A stretch of DNA of 64,000 bases from Trichinella spiralis (GCF_000181795.1 NW_003526944.1:2807504-2871503); one strand, 5' to 3'. Numbered from the stretch's first letter, positions 1-14,300 are shown. Notes: generated from the sequence alone by a model not told the origin. Numbers and translations: made by a program.

Positions 1-228
1 TGGAAAAAGTAAACTTGGAATAAATTAAATAAACTATTAGCTTAGACAAGGTGCAACGAGTTTAATCATTTTATAAATAGGAAGTAATCTTCTCTAAATA
101 GAATGTTATTAATCCGTAACATGTAGGAAACAATGTATTAAATATGAGATTAATTTTAATATGCTAATTAGAATGTTTAAAATGCAACGTAAATTCAGCA
201 CTGAGTATTTTAATTTTTAATTAGGTTA

Positions 229-368
229 AATAACGTCACTCGTAACTACACATTTTAGCAGAGAGAGTTTTTTAATTAATGATTAACATACAATGTAAAC
301 ACAAAAGTGGGTCATAATATTTTCTAATTAGGTATAATAACGTCACTCGTAACTACATATTTTAGCAG
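229..368. repeat. 33-bp direct repeat pair
   Basis: aataacgtcactcgtaactaca(c/t)attttagcag at 229-261 and 336-368, one mismatch. Confidence 0.9.
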
Positions 369-1767
369 GGTTTTTTAATAGTTAATTAGAATGTTTTAAA
401 TGGAATGCAAAAAACAACTACTTACAGTAGTCAGTTTCATTTGAAAAGATAAGTAGGCATAATACATTAAATCAATAATGATGAGTTGTAAATCATACGG
501 TAAGTATGCAAACATGAGTTGGTTCTGCAGGACAGTACATTAATATTGAGTATCAGGTGTGACGGCAATTTGATGTGCATGAGGCGGCAAGGCTTTGTAG
601 GCGTAACGGTTCACATCTGCCTAGCAACGCACGCCATCTAGTGCGGAAGCTACGTCTTCGGCGGATCAGAATGGCCATCTGGTCCGTCGAGGGTGGATCA
701 GATGGATCCACCCAAGGTCATCTCGGCCAAAATCGTGAGGCCAGCACGTGGGCTAGGAGGCGATGATGCCTTGGGGGTCCCCGGGGCAGGAGGGCGGGGG
801 GCGGCGCGGGGGCGGTCGGGCTGACCGAAAGGCAGGCCTCCACCGCAACCGAAAACTTTTTTTTAAAAAAAATTCACAAAAAAAAGCAACCTTCCCCCCC
901 GCTGAATCGACGAAAACGCGAAATCTCCCCCACCCTCACGATTTTTTCATGGAAAGCGCAAATCTCCCCTCCCTTGTAGACAAGGAAAAATGCAAAATCT
1001 CCCCCACTCTGTTGGGCAGACAAAACGCACAATCTCCCCTCCCCTTGGAGCGGGGAAAAACACTAAACTCCCCGCACATCTGAGGCAGGTGAAACAACTA
1101 AGTCTCACCCGCCTCTTCAGCGCGGAAAGCCTAGGCTTTCCCCGCTCCAGGGAAGAGGAGCGTGCGCTCTGCCTGCCCAAAGAGCAAGGAAGAGTTTGCA
1201 CTCTCCCTTGTCTAAGGGAAGGGAGCTTCACGCTCCAGGATGGGGCCCATTTTTGGTCTCTCCATCCTCCACCTGCATTAAATATTTCAAGTCCCATTTC
1301 CGGCATGTTTGCCATTTCGCAGAACTCATTTATGCCAGACTTTATCTGTTTCTTTGTATTACATTGCACATTTATCTTTTTTTTTGAAAAATAAACTTTT
1401 TCATTAATAAAGAATTGTTGTTGTTGTTGCATTGTTCTTGATTTATATTAAAGGAAAAAAAATTTTTTTTCTTACTTTTAAATAGATTATTAATTTACAT
1501 GTGTTACGTGTATTATTTCATTTTCCCCCATTTTAACTGTTTTGTTTTTGTTCCTATAAACTAATTAATATTGCTGGCTGGCAACTAGTAATGGCAAACA
1601 TGATTTTTCCCCTTTTAACTAATCCTACATGATCATCATCGTCAAGAAATAACGCAGTATTGGTCTTTTTGTTACGTCTGTGTATTGTGTTCTTTGTAAT
1701 GAACAACCTTTCCCCACTCGACTTTGCCCAAATCGTATCTTCTCCAACGTGCCAATACTTACCTCAC

Positions 1768-1818
1768 TTGACCATCGAACGGAATTGACCAACGAACGCA
1801 ATTGACCAACAAACGATT
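1768..1818. repeat. 17-bp degenerate tandem repeat x3
   Basis: ttgaccatcgaacggaa / ttgaccaacgaacgcaa / ttgaccaacaaacgatt. Confidence 0.8.
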
Positions 1819-2459
1819 CGATCCAACCTATCCACAACCTTTCACCGATCTTGGCTTTCTCCACTTGTCTCCTTTCTTCTCCATTTGTATTATTTTTCCA
1901 TGGTTTATTACGTGTTTACTTATATGTATGCAATGCTTTCATGTGTCAGAGATTTTACAATGTCAAACTCAAAATAAAAGAATCAGAGAAAAAATATTGG
2001 CTAAAATAAATTGAAAAAACATGCAAATGTAGATTATAAGAAGAAAAAAAGTGAAAATAAAAAAGAATCAAAAAAATAATAGGAGAAATTCAAAAATGAA
2101 TACAATGTATAAAATAAAGTAGGGAAAAATAAAGTTTGAATGAATGTTTGAAGTTTAACATTTTGAAAAATAAAAATAAAATAAAAAGAATTTGCTCTAG
2201 AAAGTGTTCAAAATCAAATTATGTAAGAAAAGGAAAACAAAAATTTCAAATTAAATAGAAATCAAAAATTATTTCGACACATGAAAGCAGTTGCATACAT
2301 AAATTTTGCTGCGTGAAAGACCAAGTACTGCATTAATTCAAAACTCAGCCATGTAGGTTGGTCGTTAACTTAATTACAACTATGGGATAACTTCGCCCTT
2401 CGAAGTATCCCAATCCCAGACCTACAGAATTGGGGTCCCAGGAACTTTGTCTTCTCTTG

Positions 2460-2585
2460 TCTGCTTCGTGTGGTCCTCGATCTGCTTCGTGTGGTCCTCG
2501 ATCTGCTTCGTGTCGTCCTCGATCTGCTTCGTGTCGTCCTCGATCTGCTTCGTGCCGTCCGCGATCTGCCTCGTGTGGTCCGCGT
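2460..2585. repeat. 21-bp minisatellite, 6 copies
   Basis: Unit tctgcttcgtgt(g/c)gtcctcga repeated head to tail; last two copies diverged. Confidence 0.95.
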
Positions 2586-4978
2586 TTTCACTTTTTCTTC
2601 ACATCTGTAAAAATGATAAACATTAAATTATCAATATTGTCGCTTTATTACATATAAAAATTCAGAATTTGAAAACTGAATTTTAAAAGCGATGATGTTT
2701 CTCAATTTCTATGAAAGATACCTTTAACAAAATTAGCATACCACGTTTTGAAAAAATGTAGCAGCCAGAAAAATTGAAAGCTACTGAGCAACGAAAATCT
2801 AATTTCAGTAGATGCTGAACGCTGTAATAAACTCAGAGAACGTTTAACGACGTTACTGCTTGCCACGTAGGTCAAGCAAACAAGCGCACTATTATTGATG
2901 ATAAGGCAATTTTCAAACGACCCTTATTTGCATAAAGGTACGCTAGAAACTAACGTTTCAGTGCAATTGGAAAAAGTCATCGTTGATGAATTCTAACCTA
3001 ACTCTGGCGTAATCGAAATTATAAACATTCATGTACAGAAAAACATTAATATAGTCGATGGTCAGTGTTAAATTACATTTATTTCAACTGATTTGAAAAA
3101 AAAAGAGCTCAAATGCGCAGTTAAATTCATCTAATGAGGACTATTTTGAAATTCAGAATTGAAAAAATAAATACAACTTACTGAAATGGATGCCATCACA
3201 GCTTTCATGTAAATCATGTATTGAAATGCAGATGATTTAATTTGAAGAAATAAAACAATAAAAACAAAAAACAAAGCCGTTTTCATTGTTATTCCATGAT
3301 CTTCATCGCAAGGAAAGAGCCATTGCGCACTCGCACCGCACACCGTACGCCAACAATCATTGAAACTAAGGTCACGTCAACCTACGTATAGCAGTGAAAT
3401 AAAAATTTGCATACATTTTCTGATAAACAAGTCTTACTGTGGCGACTTTGAAGTACGTTGAGCAAACAAAAATTTTCACGACTTTTAATCTAAAATCACA
3501 CCAAAAGTATTGTATGAATTGCGACTTTACGAAAATACTTATTATGTGCTTCTCGACTACTAAATACCATTGAGTTGCTTAAATAATGCAATTTAAATGA
3601 AATTTTATAGATATCTTAAAAGTTACGCTAGTGGTGAGCTGTAGCTGCAAAGTAAACAAACGTCAAGGCCACGGTTAAAAATTTGCATGTTAACGAGACG
3701 ACGCCTAACAATGATGTTATAATTTCATCTATAGAAGATACTTCGTTTAAATTTGCTTTTTTTGTCAATTAAACAGTTTCTCGTAGTCGAGAAGAACATA
3801 ATAATTACTATTGTTTTGTCTGTAAATTTGCAACTCATACAATCTTTATCGTGGGGTTTTGGATTAAAAGTCGTGAAAATTTTTGTTTGCTTAACGTAGT
3901 GAAAAGCAGCCACAGTAGGACTTGTTTACCAGAAAATTATGCCAAGAATTAATATTCCAAGAAACGTAAAACGCTAAAAGCTTTAACTTTCTCACATTTG
4001 GAGCTATAAAATAGACTGCTACAGCTATAAAAAATATTCTAATATCATTATGTTACGGATGCAGATGCACAATATGAATATATTTTAGAATATACTCAGT
4101 AAATAACCTACTTATATTTAATTGATTTACTGTGTGTCCTACAGTTGTAAAAAAAGGATTGTCTGTTCGGTTCTTAACTTCATTTTTATATAAGATGAAA
4201 AAAATTTTCACCCCAGTGAAGTTGAGTCAAAATATTAACGGAAACATATTTGTAAAGAAGTACATTTCGATAATGGATAATTTTCCAAAAGACGCATAAA
4301 ATAAATAATTTCATGTCACTCAGCGCAGTAGCGCGGCGTCAGCGTCGTGGTGGCAACCATTTGCACCCGTGGCTTTGCCGCTTGTGTGCTTGCCTCATCT
4401 TGCCGTCTCCCTTCATTTGCTCCTTCTACAATGCTATTTATTTTAATAGTGTAATATTCGTTTTAATTTCAATGTTAGAATCAGACAAATACAAACTTGT
4501 AGTTATTACGCAGAATGATCTCGACTTATTGAACACAACAACAACAACAACAACAACAGCAATATCGCTCTATATCAGATTGTCACTGCAACAAGCAGCT
4601 CACGAATGCCACTTTTTCGTGGTCTTTCCACCAATCACATTACACACGTCTACATAGACAGATCGCTGTACAAAGCCCAATCAGGAAATCTACAATATCT
4701 AGACGGATGCAGTTGAAAGTTGATTCCGCACTATAAAATAATTCATTAACAGTTAGCAATTAAAAACAGCCAATTGAACCTTCGAAATCTATCGTCATTT
4801 TTAAGGTGTACTGATTGATGAAACGTTTTTTCCTTTTAAAGAAAACCGATTGTTGATGTCGTATAATAATTGTGCATGTCAAAGTATTTGTGCAGAAATG
4901 TTGTTATGCTAATAAATATGCTTTCAACAAAGCGATGGATAATGCACGCAGTGCACCAACGTACATTGCAACCCTTTT

Positions 4979-6106
4979 TCAAACAGAATTAGCTAATAAT
5001 GTGAGAAACAAAAAATTGCAGCAAAAACTGAGCGCAATAGTTATGATGCAAAAGCCACGTAATTTAGGTGCAACATTTACAAGTTGTGCAAGAGACCATG
5101 ATCGAAGTGCTTTTGATGTCTTGTGATTCATGTTGTTCAACCTCAGCTTTGTGCAATTAGCAGGCAATGGAAGAAGTTTGCTTTCCAGAAATGCTTCCAT
5201 CATTTTAAACATCGCTCCACGACCAGCGTCGATCAACTTGCGAAAAACACTTGACACCGCTGGACAATGTTCCATAACTGATTTGGTGAAACAATCAGAA
5301 AAGCGATCATGCAAGCTGTAAAAGCAAAAGCAACAGCTTCACAGTAAACAAATAAAAAACTTGCCATTTCCAGACGTTTTAAGTCAATGGATTCAATGGA
5401 AAGTTGATTTTCAAAAAATGAAAAAAATTACTCACCTGCAAAGACGGCCCAATTTATTCCACAGTAGTAATGTAGAATTCACAAACGGAAGATCAACAAC
5501 AATAATTGTCGTTTCGTCCAGCAATGACGAGCACGGACTGAGTATTTGGCGCCATAACTTTGACAAGCAGTCTGCATTTTCAAAAATCTCTAAGAAATTT
5601 GATTTCATTTACAGAAAATTTGTCACATTAATGGATGATCAAATATGGAATTATTATTCTGGAACTGTCGGTGTTAATTGAATTGTTGCCATTTCATTGT
5701 GGAAAAGAAGAAGCGGAGCAAAATTTTGCAAACCTTTCAGACTAGCTTTGCCGCATATTGTCTGCCAGTGACTAGCACCTAAGGTTAGAATACGCCGAGA
5801 CAAGCTGTAACGATTACAGCCTGCCACACAAGTACGATACTGAGAAGCAGCTGCGCAAGATTTATCCAGATGCTTCGGAAAGTCACGCAACATTACCGCT
5901 GATATTTGGACAAAACTGAAGCGACCGCTAACTTCCATGAAATTTTTCTGCAATTCATTCTTGCACTCATTCAAACAATTGTGCATTTCACAACTGACAA
6001 GCAAAATGCCTAAACACGTATAAAAGAACAAATCATATTTGTTTTTATCTATTCATTTCTTTTTACCTAAAAAAGCCAACTTCAACAGGTGCTGATGAGC
6101 TGCCAT
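4979..6106 (-). CDS. Cys-rich secreted / probably GPI- or TM-anchored protein (resembles nematode CPG4/DUF19-type Cys-rich domains), 4 exons
   Basis: Exons ~6106-6067, 6009-5733, 5589-5436, 5315-4979 join in frame at GT-AG sites: MAAHQHLLKLAFLGILLVSCEMHNCLNEC...YRTCVAGC...WQTIC...CLSKLW...LCSLHDRFSDCF...C; N-terminal signal peptide and hydrophobic C-terminus. Confidence 0.75.
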
Positions 6107-6137
6107 ATTCTTTGGCTAAATAAAAATAAATAAATAA

Positions 6138-6140
<3 letters not shown>

Positions 6141-6190
<50 letters not shown>
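6141..6190. repeat. (TA)25 microsatellite
   Basis: Directly visible, just upstream of the Cys-rich gene start. Confidence 0.95.
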
Positions 6191-6199
<9 letters not shown>

Positions 6200-8363
6200 A
6201 AACTATACACATGCATACAAAATATGCCACTGTTTGCTTCTCAAAGACAAAAACAATATTTCAAATATAAAGCGTTCAACTAGTAAATGTCGATCATTTC
6301 ATTCAATGGCAAATTGAAGATTGAATCATCCATCGGATATATATATATAAATATAAATTGTAATTGAAGTTAAATTAAAAATGAAGTAAAATACTACACC
6401 AATGCCGGTTAATCAGCAGCTGACAATCAGACGAACCTCACTTATATGATCAAAAAGGGACTAATTTTCCCTGAAAACTTTGTAGCACGGCTATAAAATC
6501 TTTTCGCCTGAAAAACATACGCTAAAATTGATTTGAATAATCAAAATCACAACCACAAAATATTTCTGCTTCTTTTAACACGCCGCTCGCTCATTTATCG
6601 AATTTTGGATGCTTTTCCTTCGCTAAATAAATACAAATAAATTTATAATAACTGCAAATCATACATGCCAATAATATATTAATTCAGATGTATTCAAATT
6701 CCCCAAAAAAATATTCATTCATCAAATCATTCCAATCTGCTCAGTAATTTTTTAAATTAGCAAAATGCAAACAATGAAAAATAAATCGATATTTCTTCTA
6801 ACAAGTAACTTTAAAACCACTGCTCAAATTAAAATCGTACTTCATATATCGTTAACGCCCAATCGTCCGCTTCGCAGTTTTCATCAACCTTAACAACTCA
6901 AATGTGGCTACTTCAGCTGCTGAATGCCGTCGATTCAAAAAATGTCTTCGTCGTTGCTGAGGCACGAACTTCTATATTCATTAAAGTTTCCATTACCCTC
7001 TGTGAAAATTCCACTTTACAAGAAAAACATACCACACAGATTGCCAGTAGATTTCAACCAAAGTTATGTCATATAATATTACACTTATTGTCTATTCATT
7101 AAAATGTAAGTATAACACTTTAAAGTGAAATTAGTGAATAAATTCTGAACCACTGAAAATAAATTAACAGAGACCGGAAAATTTTCCAATGCATAAAAGC
7201 TAATGAAAACGTTGAAAATATAGCAAAATTGAAGTGATATGCTTCAAATACAAAAACTTACTGTATGAGAAAAAAATGCTGGATGTATTTCATCAATTTG
7301 CCAAAAAATAAAACAAAAATGAACAGCATACTTGCCGTGAAACAATCTGAAAGCAACTTATTTAAACGATCATTATCGGATCACCAAATTATCTGCTAGC
7401 ACGCAAAAAAAAGTTGATAAAAAATTGCAAAACGAAGCAAAAGTTAAAGTGCAACAGATCTTACAATAATGTTGTTTGCCTTCTTTTCTACACTGAATAG
7501 TAGTAGTTTAATTGGTAATTCTACCGTATGGCATCAATGAGCGTCGGATTAAATATGGCATGAATGAATGCAAATCGCTTTTTCCGCTATTCTTTTATGC
7601 CACCACTACTGTGCTATAACTTACTTTCCCATGCTTCTTTCATACAAACTTATTCTGCGTTTTAATGTACGCGTTCCATGTTGCTAAAATAATATTATAT
7701 GCAATCTTTCGAAACTTTTTCAAATAACCGTAATCAAAATTCGACGATTTGCCAACCATCAGAAATAAAATCAATAAGCTGAATGAAAGTGGAAATCGCT
7801 TCAAATAAAACCGACCTTTTTTGCCTTATCGACTACAACTGCCTTAAAATTGATGCTTGTATCGCTGAAATAAAAATCGATGAAATATAATCAACAGTAT
7901 AAAATATTGTTTAAAAATCTGTCTGGACCACAGCAGCATGCAATTATTGCAATTATTTCAACTCACAAAACAGGCATGTAAAGCAGACATGTGATCGACC
8001 ACAGTAAGGTGCAACAGTGTCACCCCCCTCCCCCTATTCTACAGCAGTGCTCGATGGAAAAAGGACTCTTTAAGCCTTACAAATTACTTTTAAAAACAGT
8101 TTTACATAAATTTTAAAAATAACAGTTTACTTACGAGAAGATAAAAAGCAAAACAGATGATGAAGAGTAATTTAGTTAGAAAAGAAAGATAAAAATTTGA
8201 ATACGGTTGAGTGATCAAAAGAATGAGTAGGATGATGATGGATAGATAATATGGAAAGTTAAGGCCAAAGGACAAAATTCAAATAATAAGTCATAATAAG
8301 CTGAAACAGAAAATGAAATGAAAAAAAAACAAATACTGAGCATTTTGTAACGGCGGTAATCAG

Positions 8364-11300
8364 TCAAGGACGGAGACCGTAGAGTGAGAATTGGCCATCC
8401 TGTTCAGCTAAGCCGATGCTCACTTGAACAGGATGAAAACGTAAAGCTGCAAGACGACCCAGTGTCGTTGTCATGTTCGAAACATCCGGTCTGAATAGAC
8501 CCATGGATTTTCCATCGAAGTTGATCAAATCAACCTGCGCGCCGTTCCAAGCGGCAATCAGAGGATAGTTACGGTGCACATCGAAAGAGCTACGACATCG
8601 AACGCCGACATCTTTGAACAATACCGGCTCTCGATACATCCGCGGCTCCCAGATGCACAACTGACCACTACGACTGGCGGCCACAAGACGTCCTCCTCCT
8701 CCGCCGCCGCCGCCGACGGATGCTTGTTCCAAATGGACTTTGAAAACTGCACGTCCCAAATCCCGCAGAGTCATGATGCGAGAATCGGATGTCGGCAAGC
8801 GACGATCGAATAGTCGAACTGACCCGTCACTACAACCTGCAGCTGTCAAATGATGTCCGTTGGAATCGGCTGACAAAGAGCACACGTACGTATCTCCGCC
8901 GGCACCCACTTTGAGCTCAGCCAATTTCAGCTCCGTGTGCGCATCCCACAATATTATATTTCTACAATGGAAAGTGAAATTTGAAAACCGATCAAAAATG
9001 AACTTTTTATGTGCTTTAACGTGCGTGCAAAAAAGGATGCGACGAAACACTGAAATGCAAAAACAAACTTTCTCTCCTGCGCATGTTGCTTTTCTCAACT
9101 TTTTTTAAAAATAATTTACATAATCATCTTACGGAAAACATTTTCCACTTGTGCGTGAAACGAAATCTGATTGCTCACCTGAAATCGCCAGCGGCAAACA
9201 ACAAACCCGGATCTTGTTCCCAGAAATAGCAGGTGAATGGCTTGGTGTGAAAACGCCGCGCATCGTCGGCGCACATCCAAGCTGTGAGCAATGCGAAATC
9301 AATACTTCCCTTTGGCACTTTGCTGGTCAAGTCGGGCTCGTTGATCAAACGCACATCCCAGACGCGCACTTCGCCGCAGTCGGTTCCGGTGAGGATGAAG
9401 CCGTGCGTGTAGGGATTCACGAAAGTCAAGTAAACAAGATTGCCGGACAAATCGCTACCACTCTGACCAGTGTACGAGGTCGAAGAGTTGTCGAAATGCG
9501 CCACAACGCTGCCTTTGTTGCAATTCCAAACGGTCACTGAGTCTCGTTCACCGATGCACAGCAACGGCTCCAAAGGCAAGAATTCCATGCACGTTGCGGG
9601 AAAATCGTTTTTATACGTCCAAAGTTTTCCGTACTTCTTCCTTTTATCTCTAAGTAAACTACCAAAAGAAAAATTTTTTATTTTAAATCACGAATTCACT
9701 TTGTACCTCTCCGTCTATCTATATCTACATCTATATATATATATATATATATAGATCAGTGCTTAAATTTCTCAAACTATCTATATCATCAACTGAACTA
9801 AAAGTTCAAAAATAGACTCTTTGTAAAATATGTAAAATAAAAAAACAACAACACAGGAATAATAAAAGAAAATGGCTCACTTCCATTCAATACTGCTATG
9901 TTGATGAATTAAGCTGATTCGATCGGCGATGAAACTGGGAAGAATTCGCTGCGTGGTCCGCGGCTGCGCGTTTAAAGCAGCGGGTGACGGTGCACTGCTT
10001 TCGGAAAGCAAGTAGAACATTGGAGATCGAAACTGCTGTGCACAAGTTGACAAGTAGTCAGTTTTCATCACTGGTTCACCGTCGACAGGTGGGCTAAGTA
10101 TGCTTGCCGCTGTGGTTCCAATTTCCCTCTCCGGGGCCAAATGTCGTCTCGTTTCTGGACTTGCCTCGCTCGAGTGGACACTGGACTCACTTGCTGGACC
10201 GTCGCCGAACACCGGCCGACGAGGATTGGTGTAAATGGCCGAATATGTGCACAGCGTGATCGGCGACACTCCCATTGGTGATTCACAACCTTGAATATTG
10301 CATGGTTCAATGAAGATCAATTTTCAAAGTGCAAAACAAACAAACAAATAAATAATCACCACCGCTGTTGCCGTTGCCATCGTTCACCAGCTGCTGCTGG
10401 TGGTGATCGTGCGTGCCGCTGAAACTGAACTTCGGCCTGGGACTGGGATGTTGTCCGGCCGTACCGTTGTCCGGGCTCGAGTGGAAGTAGCCGGCCGTGG
10501 ATCGACGTCGAACAGGCAAACTGTCAACGCTGTCCTGGTGGCCAACGGATGACAATAGCCGAAGATTCTGCACAGATCGGTCGACGTATTTGAAAAGCCT
10601 GTGCGCTAGTCGAGACACTTCAATGTCGGGGTCGTACAAGAATTTCAACACCGCTCGCCAAACGCTCACGTAGACGTTGTTCACATTGACCAACGCCGCC
10701 GGACCAATGGAACGATGCCTGCGGACTTCCCGGCGGCTGAGAACAGTTATCGTTTCCTGAGACGATTGTTCTTGTTTCGAATTGTCCACTTTCTGGTGCT
10801 CCTGGGATGATCTAGCCAATCCGAATAGCCACGACACGGATTTTCGAGAGCTCGGGCGAACCAGTGGAACTTAACAAATAAATCAGATATGTATTATCAT
10901 CAAATATTTTTTCTCGTCCACAACGCGAACCAATCGATCAGAACAATCGAATTGGAATAATGGAATTAATTAACAAATAATTCTTACTGTTGATCATAGA
11001 ATTCGAAGACGAATTCAGTGATGAAGAAACAGCCGTGAGAAGCGGTTGAAACAACAAACTGGTCGATTTTACCAAAGTAGACGAGTCGACGTTGGCGGCA
11101 ACTGGACTGGAAGAGATGCCAAAGTTACGGGTACGCTGCTGTTGTTGAGGTGAAAACGAAGCAAGACTATTGCTACTACCATTGCTGAGATTGTGGTGAT
11201 TATGATTATTGCTGTTGTTGTTGTTATTGTTATTATTGCCAACAATAGTAGCAGTTGTGACCGTATAAGATGATACAAGTTCGTGGTGTTGGTGCCGTCG

Positions 11301-14300
11301 ACTGGGCACCGATGAAGCAAGTTCACGGTCGATTTCGTAGGCAATGGTGACAAATTGAGGATAGAAACGACGGACGAAGGCGAAAAAGCCGAGCAAAGCT
11401 TCGCGTCGAACAGTGGCCGAACTGTCGGCGCAGACGTGCTGGACCAGAGACATGGCGACACTGTGCGCCAAATTTGTACTCTGCTCGTCGTTGGGGCAGT
11501 GGTTCCCCTGGTCACCGTCGTTCTGCTTATTCTCCTTGTCGCCGGAACCACCGGTGCTGATCAGTCGACCCAAAGCGAACACGGCCGCCGCCCGAACCGA
11601 CGCCAAACGATCCTCCAACAAGCCGATCAGGGTCTGGTGCAAAGAGCAGCGAATCGCCTGCCACTTGGCCGCCTCGTAGTCGGTCCAGAGGTGGCCCAAC
11701 GCCAACGCCAGCCACTGGCGCATCGGCGCGTCGTTGCAGTCGCTGAAAAGATCCGAGCAAGTGGCCACGAAACCGTTGCACAAAGCCGCTTCTTGGAATT
11801 GGCGGCAGTCGGCCATCAGGCGAGCCAAAGCGAACACGGCGAACAATTTCCGGCGAACCTCGACCGTCGGGTCGTTGAGGTGGACCAAAAAGTACCGATG
11901 GACGTGGTCCTTGAGCAACATCAGTCGGCAAGAGTTGTCGACGGCCAGTATTTTCGCCCAGATGAACGTCAACAACGGGCGCATGTCCCTGGAAACACTC
12001 TGCAACAGGCGCAGGATGTAGGGGAAAATGCCCACCGCCAGCGCTTGTTCCACCGCTTTCGGTCCCAGATCGACGAACCTGGCCAACAGTTCGAGCGCTC
12101 GCACGCGCAACACTTGACTCAGCAACACTTGCAACACTATTGGCAACTGCTGAGGAGCCGAACCCTGGTAAAAGCCGTACTGGAGCCAGACTTCGAACGC
12201 GATAAGCTGATTGCTGAAAAACGGGCTGTTCTTGTAATCAACGCTGGCAACCACCTTGTCGTGCTGTGCTTGTTGGCCGGCGGTCAACGTCGGATCGTTG
12301 CCAACTGCTCTACTGCCGGCATCCGACACGCCAGTCGTCGCCGTGCCGCCTCCCGGCATTGCCGCTGCAGCCACTGCTGTGCTGGCACCGGCACCAACGC
12401 CAGCACCGCCGTGACCAGCCGCGGTCGGCACGCCCGGAGGCAGCATCACTGTCGCCTCGTTGGCTTCAACTTCAGCCACCAGCGCCTGAACGTCCAACTG
12501 CTCCAGTACCGACTCGACTACCATATCCCAAGCTTGCCACATGACGTGCTCGTGAGTTGGCGGCAAACGTGGACTCGATACAGGCGTGCAATAATAGCTG
12601 CGCATAACACGGTCGGCTAACAAGTAATTCCTGTACAAGCTGGCTATGAGCAAATCTTGCCTGAACAAACGCTGAAACGTCTCGCTGGGAAGCAAGTTCC
12701 AAGCAATTGTATCCGTAATTGCCGTGAAAATCCAATTCAGTTCCCCCAAAGGAGAACGACGATCACCCGTAGAGCCCGGTATTCGGTCGGCTATACATAC
12801 TGGATACCGGTCAGTCAGCTTATTCTGCAAAATGTAATACATGACTGCCATCCGAATCGGCGTGGTCAAGCAACAAGTGAACAAATCGGCAGGCAAAGCT
12901 GGGTCAGTTGGCAATGTCTGATCTCGTGCACAGGCCGCCAGTTGAATGCAGTGCTTAAATTTTGGCTTCCTAGGATCGTCATCGTCAAAATCATCTTCGC
13001 CGTCATCGTCGTAATCATCATCGTCGTCATCATCGTCATCATTTCCATTAGTATTGCCATCGTTGTTTCCATCATTTTTATGCTGTCCATTCCGGACGTT
13101 GTTATTCCCACTGCTGTTGCCTGTCAAATGCTTGCTTGCATCTTTGGCAGTTGTTTTGTTGTTTGTTTCAATTTTAGGGTCATTCGGTACCATGGAACTG
13201 GATCGAAAATTCACTTCCAATGGTTTCGACGACACACAATCCAAACCCGTTTTGCGTCGATGCGAACGATCAAGTTCTGCTTGCCTTGCATCATCAGCTT
13301 GGAAGAGATCAACCCCTATAAAACCAACAGATTTCATCGTCCAAGCAGACATGACAAACGATGACCATCATAATAATATCATTTTTTGAAATGAAATAAA
13401 AAAATAAATTAAAAAAACAACTACTGGTCATTCTATTTTTTCTGAACAGCACATCTGCTGCTGGATATTGCTTGAGCTACTGTTCTTACAAAACACGATG
13501 ACAATTCTAAACTTACCTGGCTCAAATTCAACAGTTGTTTTAGTACTTTCTTTTCTCCTTGCCGCCAACGAACAGCGATAAGCTTGGATTTGCTTCTTCG
13601 CACAAGTCTTGAATGCTCGTATGGCTTGAGCTGCACCGTTGCAATCCCAGACGTACACACCTGGGGCACCCATCCACGTCTGTAAGTCGTAAATGGCCAA
13701 TGGGATGTACTGGGTAAACATTTTGTTAAAAACCCAAATTTCACAATTTTTCGTTGGCCTCGGCACTCCATGGCCATTATAATGGAAAAGAACACGTTCT
13801 TCTTTGGCATTTTTACGCATTGAGATGCACAATCTCCTGACATCATCTACAGTCGGATCTAATGCTTGCTTATACCTACAACACGGTCGATCACCAGCTT
13901 ATAAATTCTGTCCTTCTAAAATCTTTTCTTTTCTCTTCCCAGTCAGAAAATTTGCTTCACTTTTATCATAATTAATTACCAATAACAACGATATTATTAA
14001 CAATTTTTTTTCACATTTCCTAAATAACATATCCAAACTATAACTGCAAAATAAAAATGCACCAACATAATTTATAAACTTTCAGAAAATAAATTATTTT
14101 GATAAAATAATGATTTATTTTCGAAATATACAAGAAATCTAAGCATGAAAAACATTTTCTTACAATTTCTCTAAATGTATTTTAAAAATTTGACAAGAAA
14201 TAAAAGTTCAATTTGCAACAAATTTTACAGACAACTTTTCCATTTCATCACTCAGTAATGATAAATCAACTGCCCGTTACTTTCATCAATTTATGTCAAA

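Larger units (their letters stand above)
165..2650. repeat. Probable composite dispersed repeat / degenerate mobile element (several internal tandem repeats, GC-rich core)
   Basis: Abrupt AT-to-GC switch at ~558; internal repeats at 229-368, 921-1073, 1768-1818 and 2460-2585; no conserved protein ORF, transposase or RT motif seen. Confidence 0.5.

Noticed and set aside
558..1270. Solo LTR starting TGT
   Set aside because: No matching second LTR, PBS/PPT, target-site duplication or gag/pol seen; kept only as a generic repeat
1755..1765. U1 snRNA-like ATACTTACCT
   Set aside because: No U1 body follows; it is simply the reverse complement of a consensus splice donor
2460..2585. CRISPR-like repeat array
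   Set aside because: Units are head to tail with no unique spacers, there are no cas genes, and the context is eukaryotic
11355..13364. Long plus-strand ORFs (421 aa, 235 aa)
   Set aside because: Antisense shadows of the GC-rich Raptor exon; no recognisable protein features
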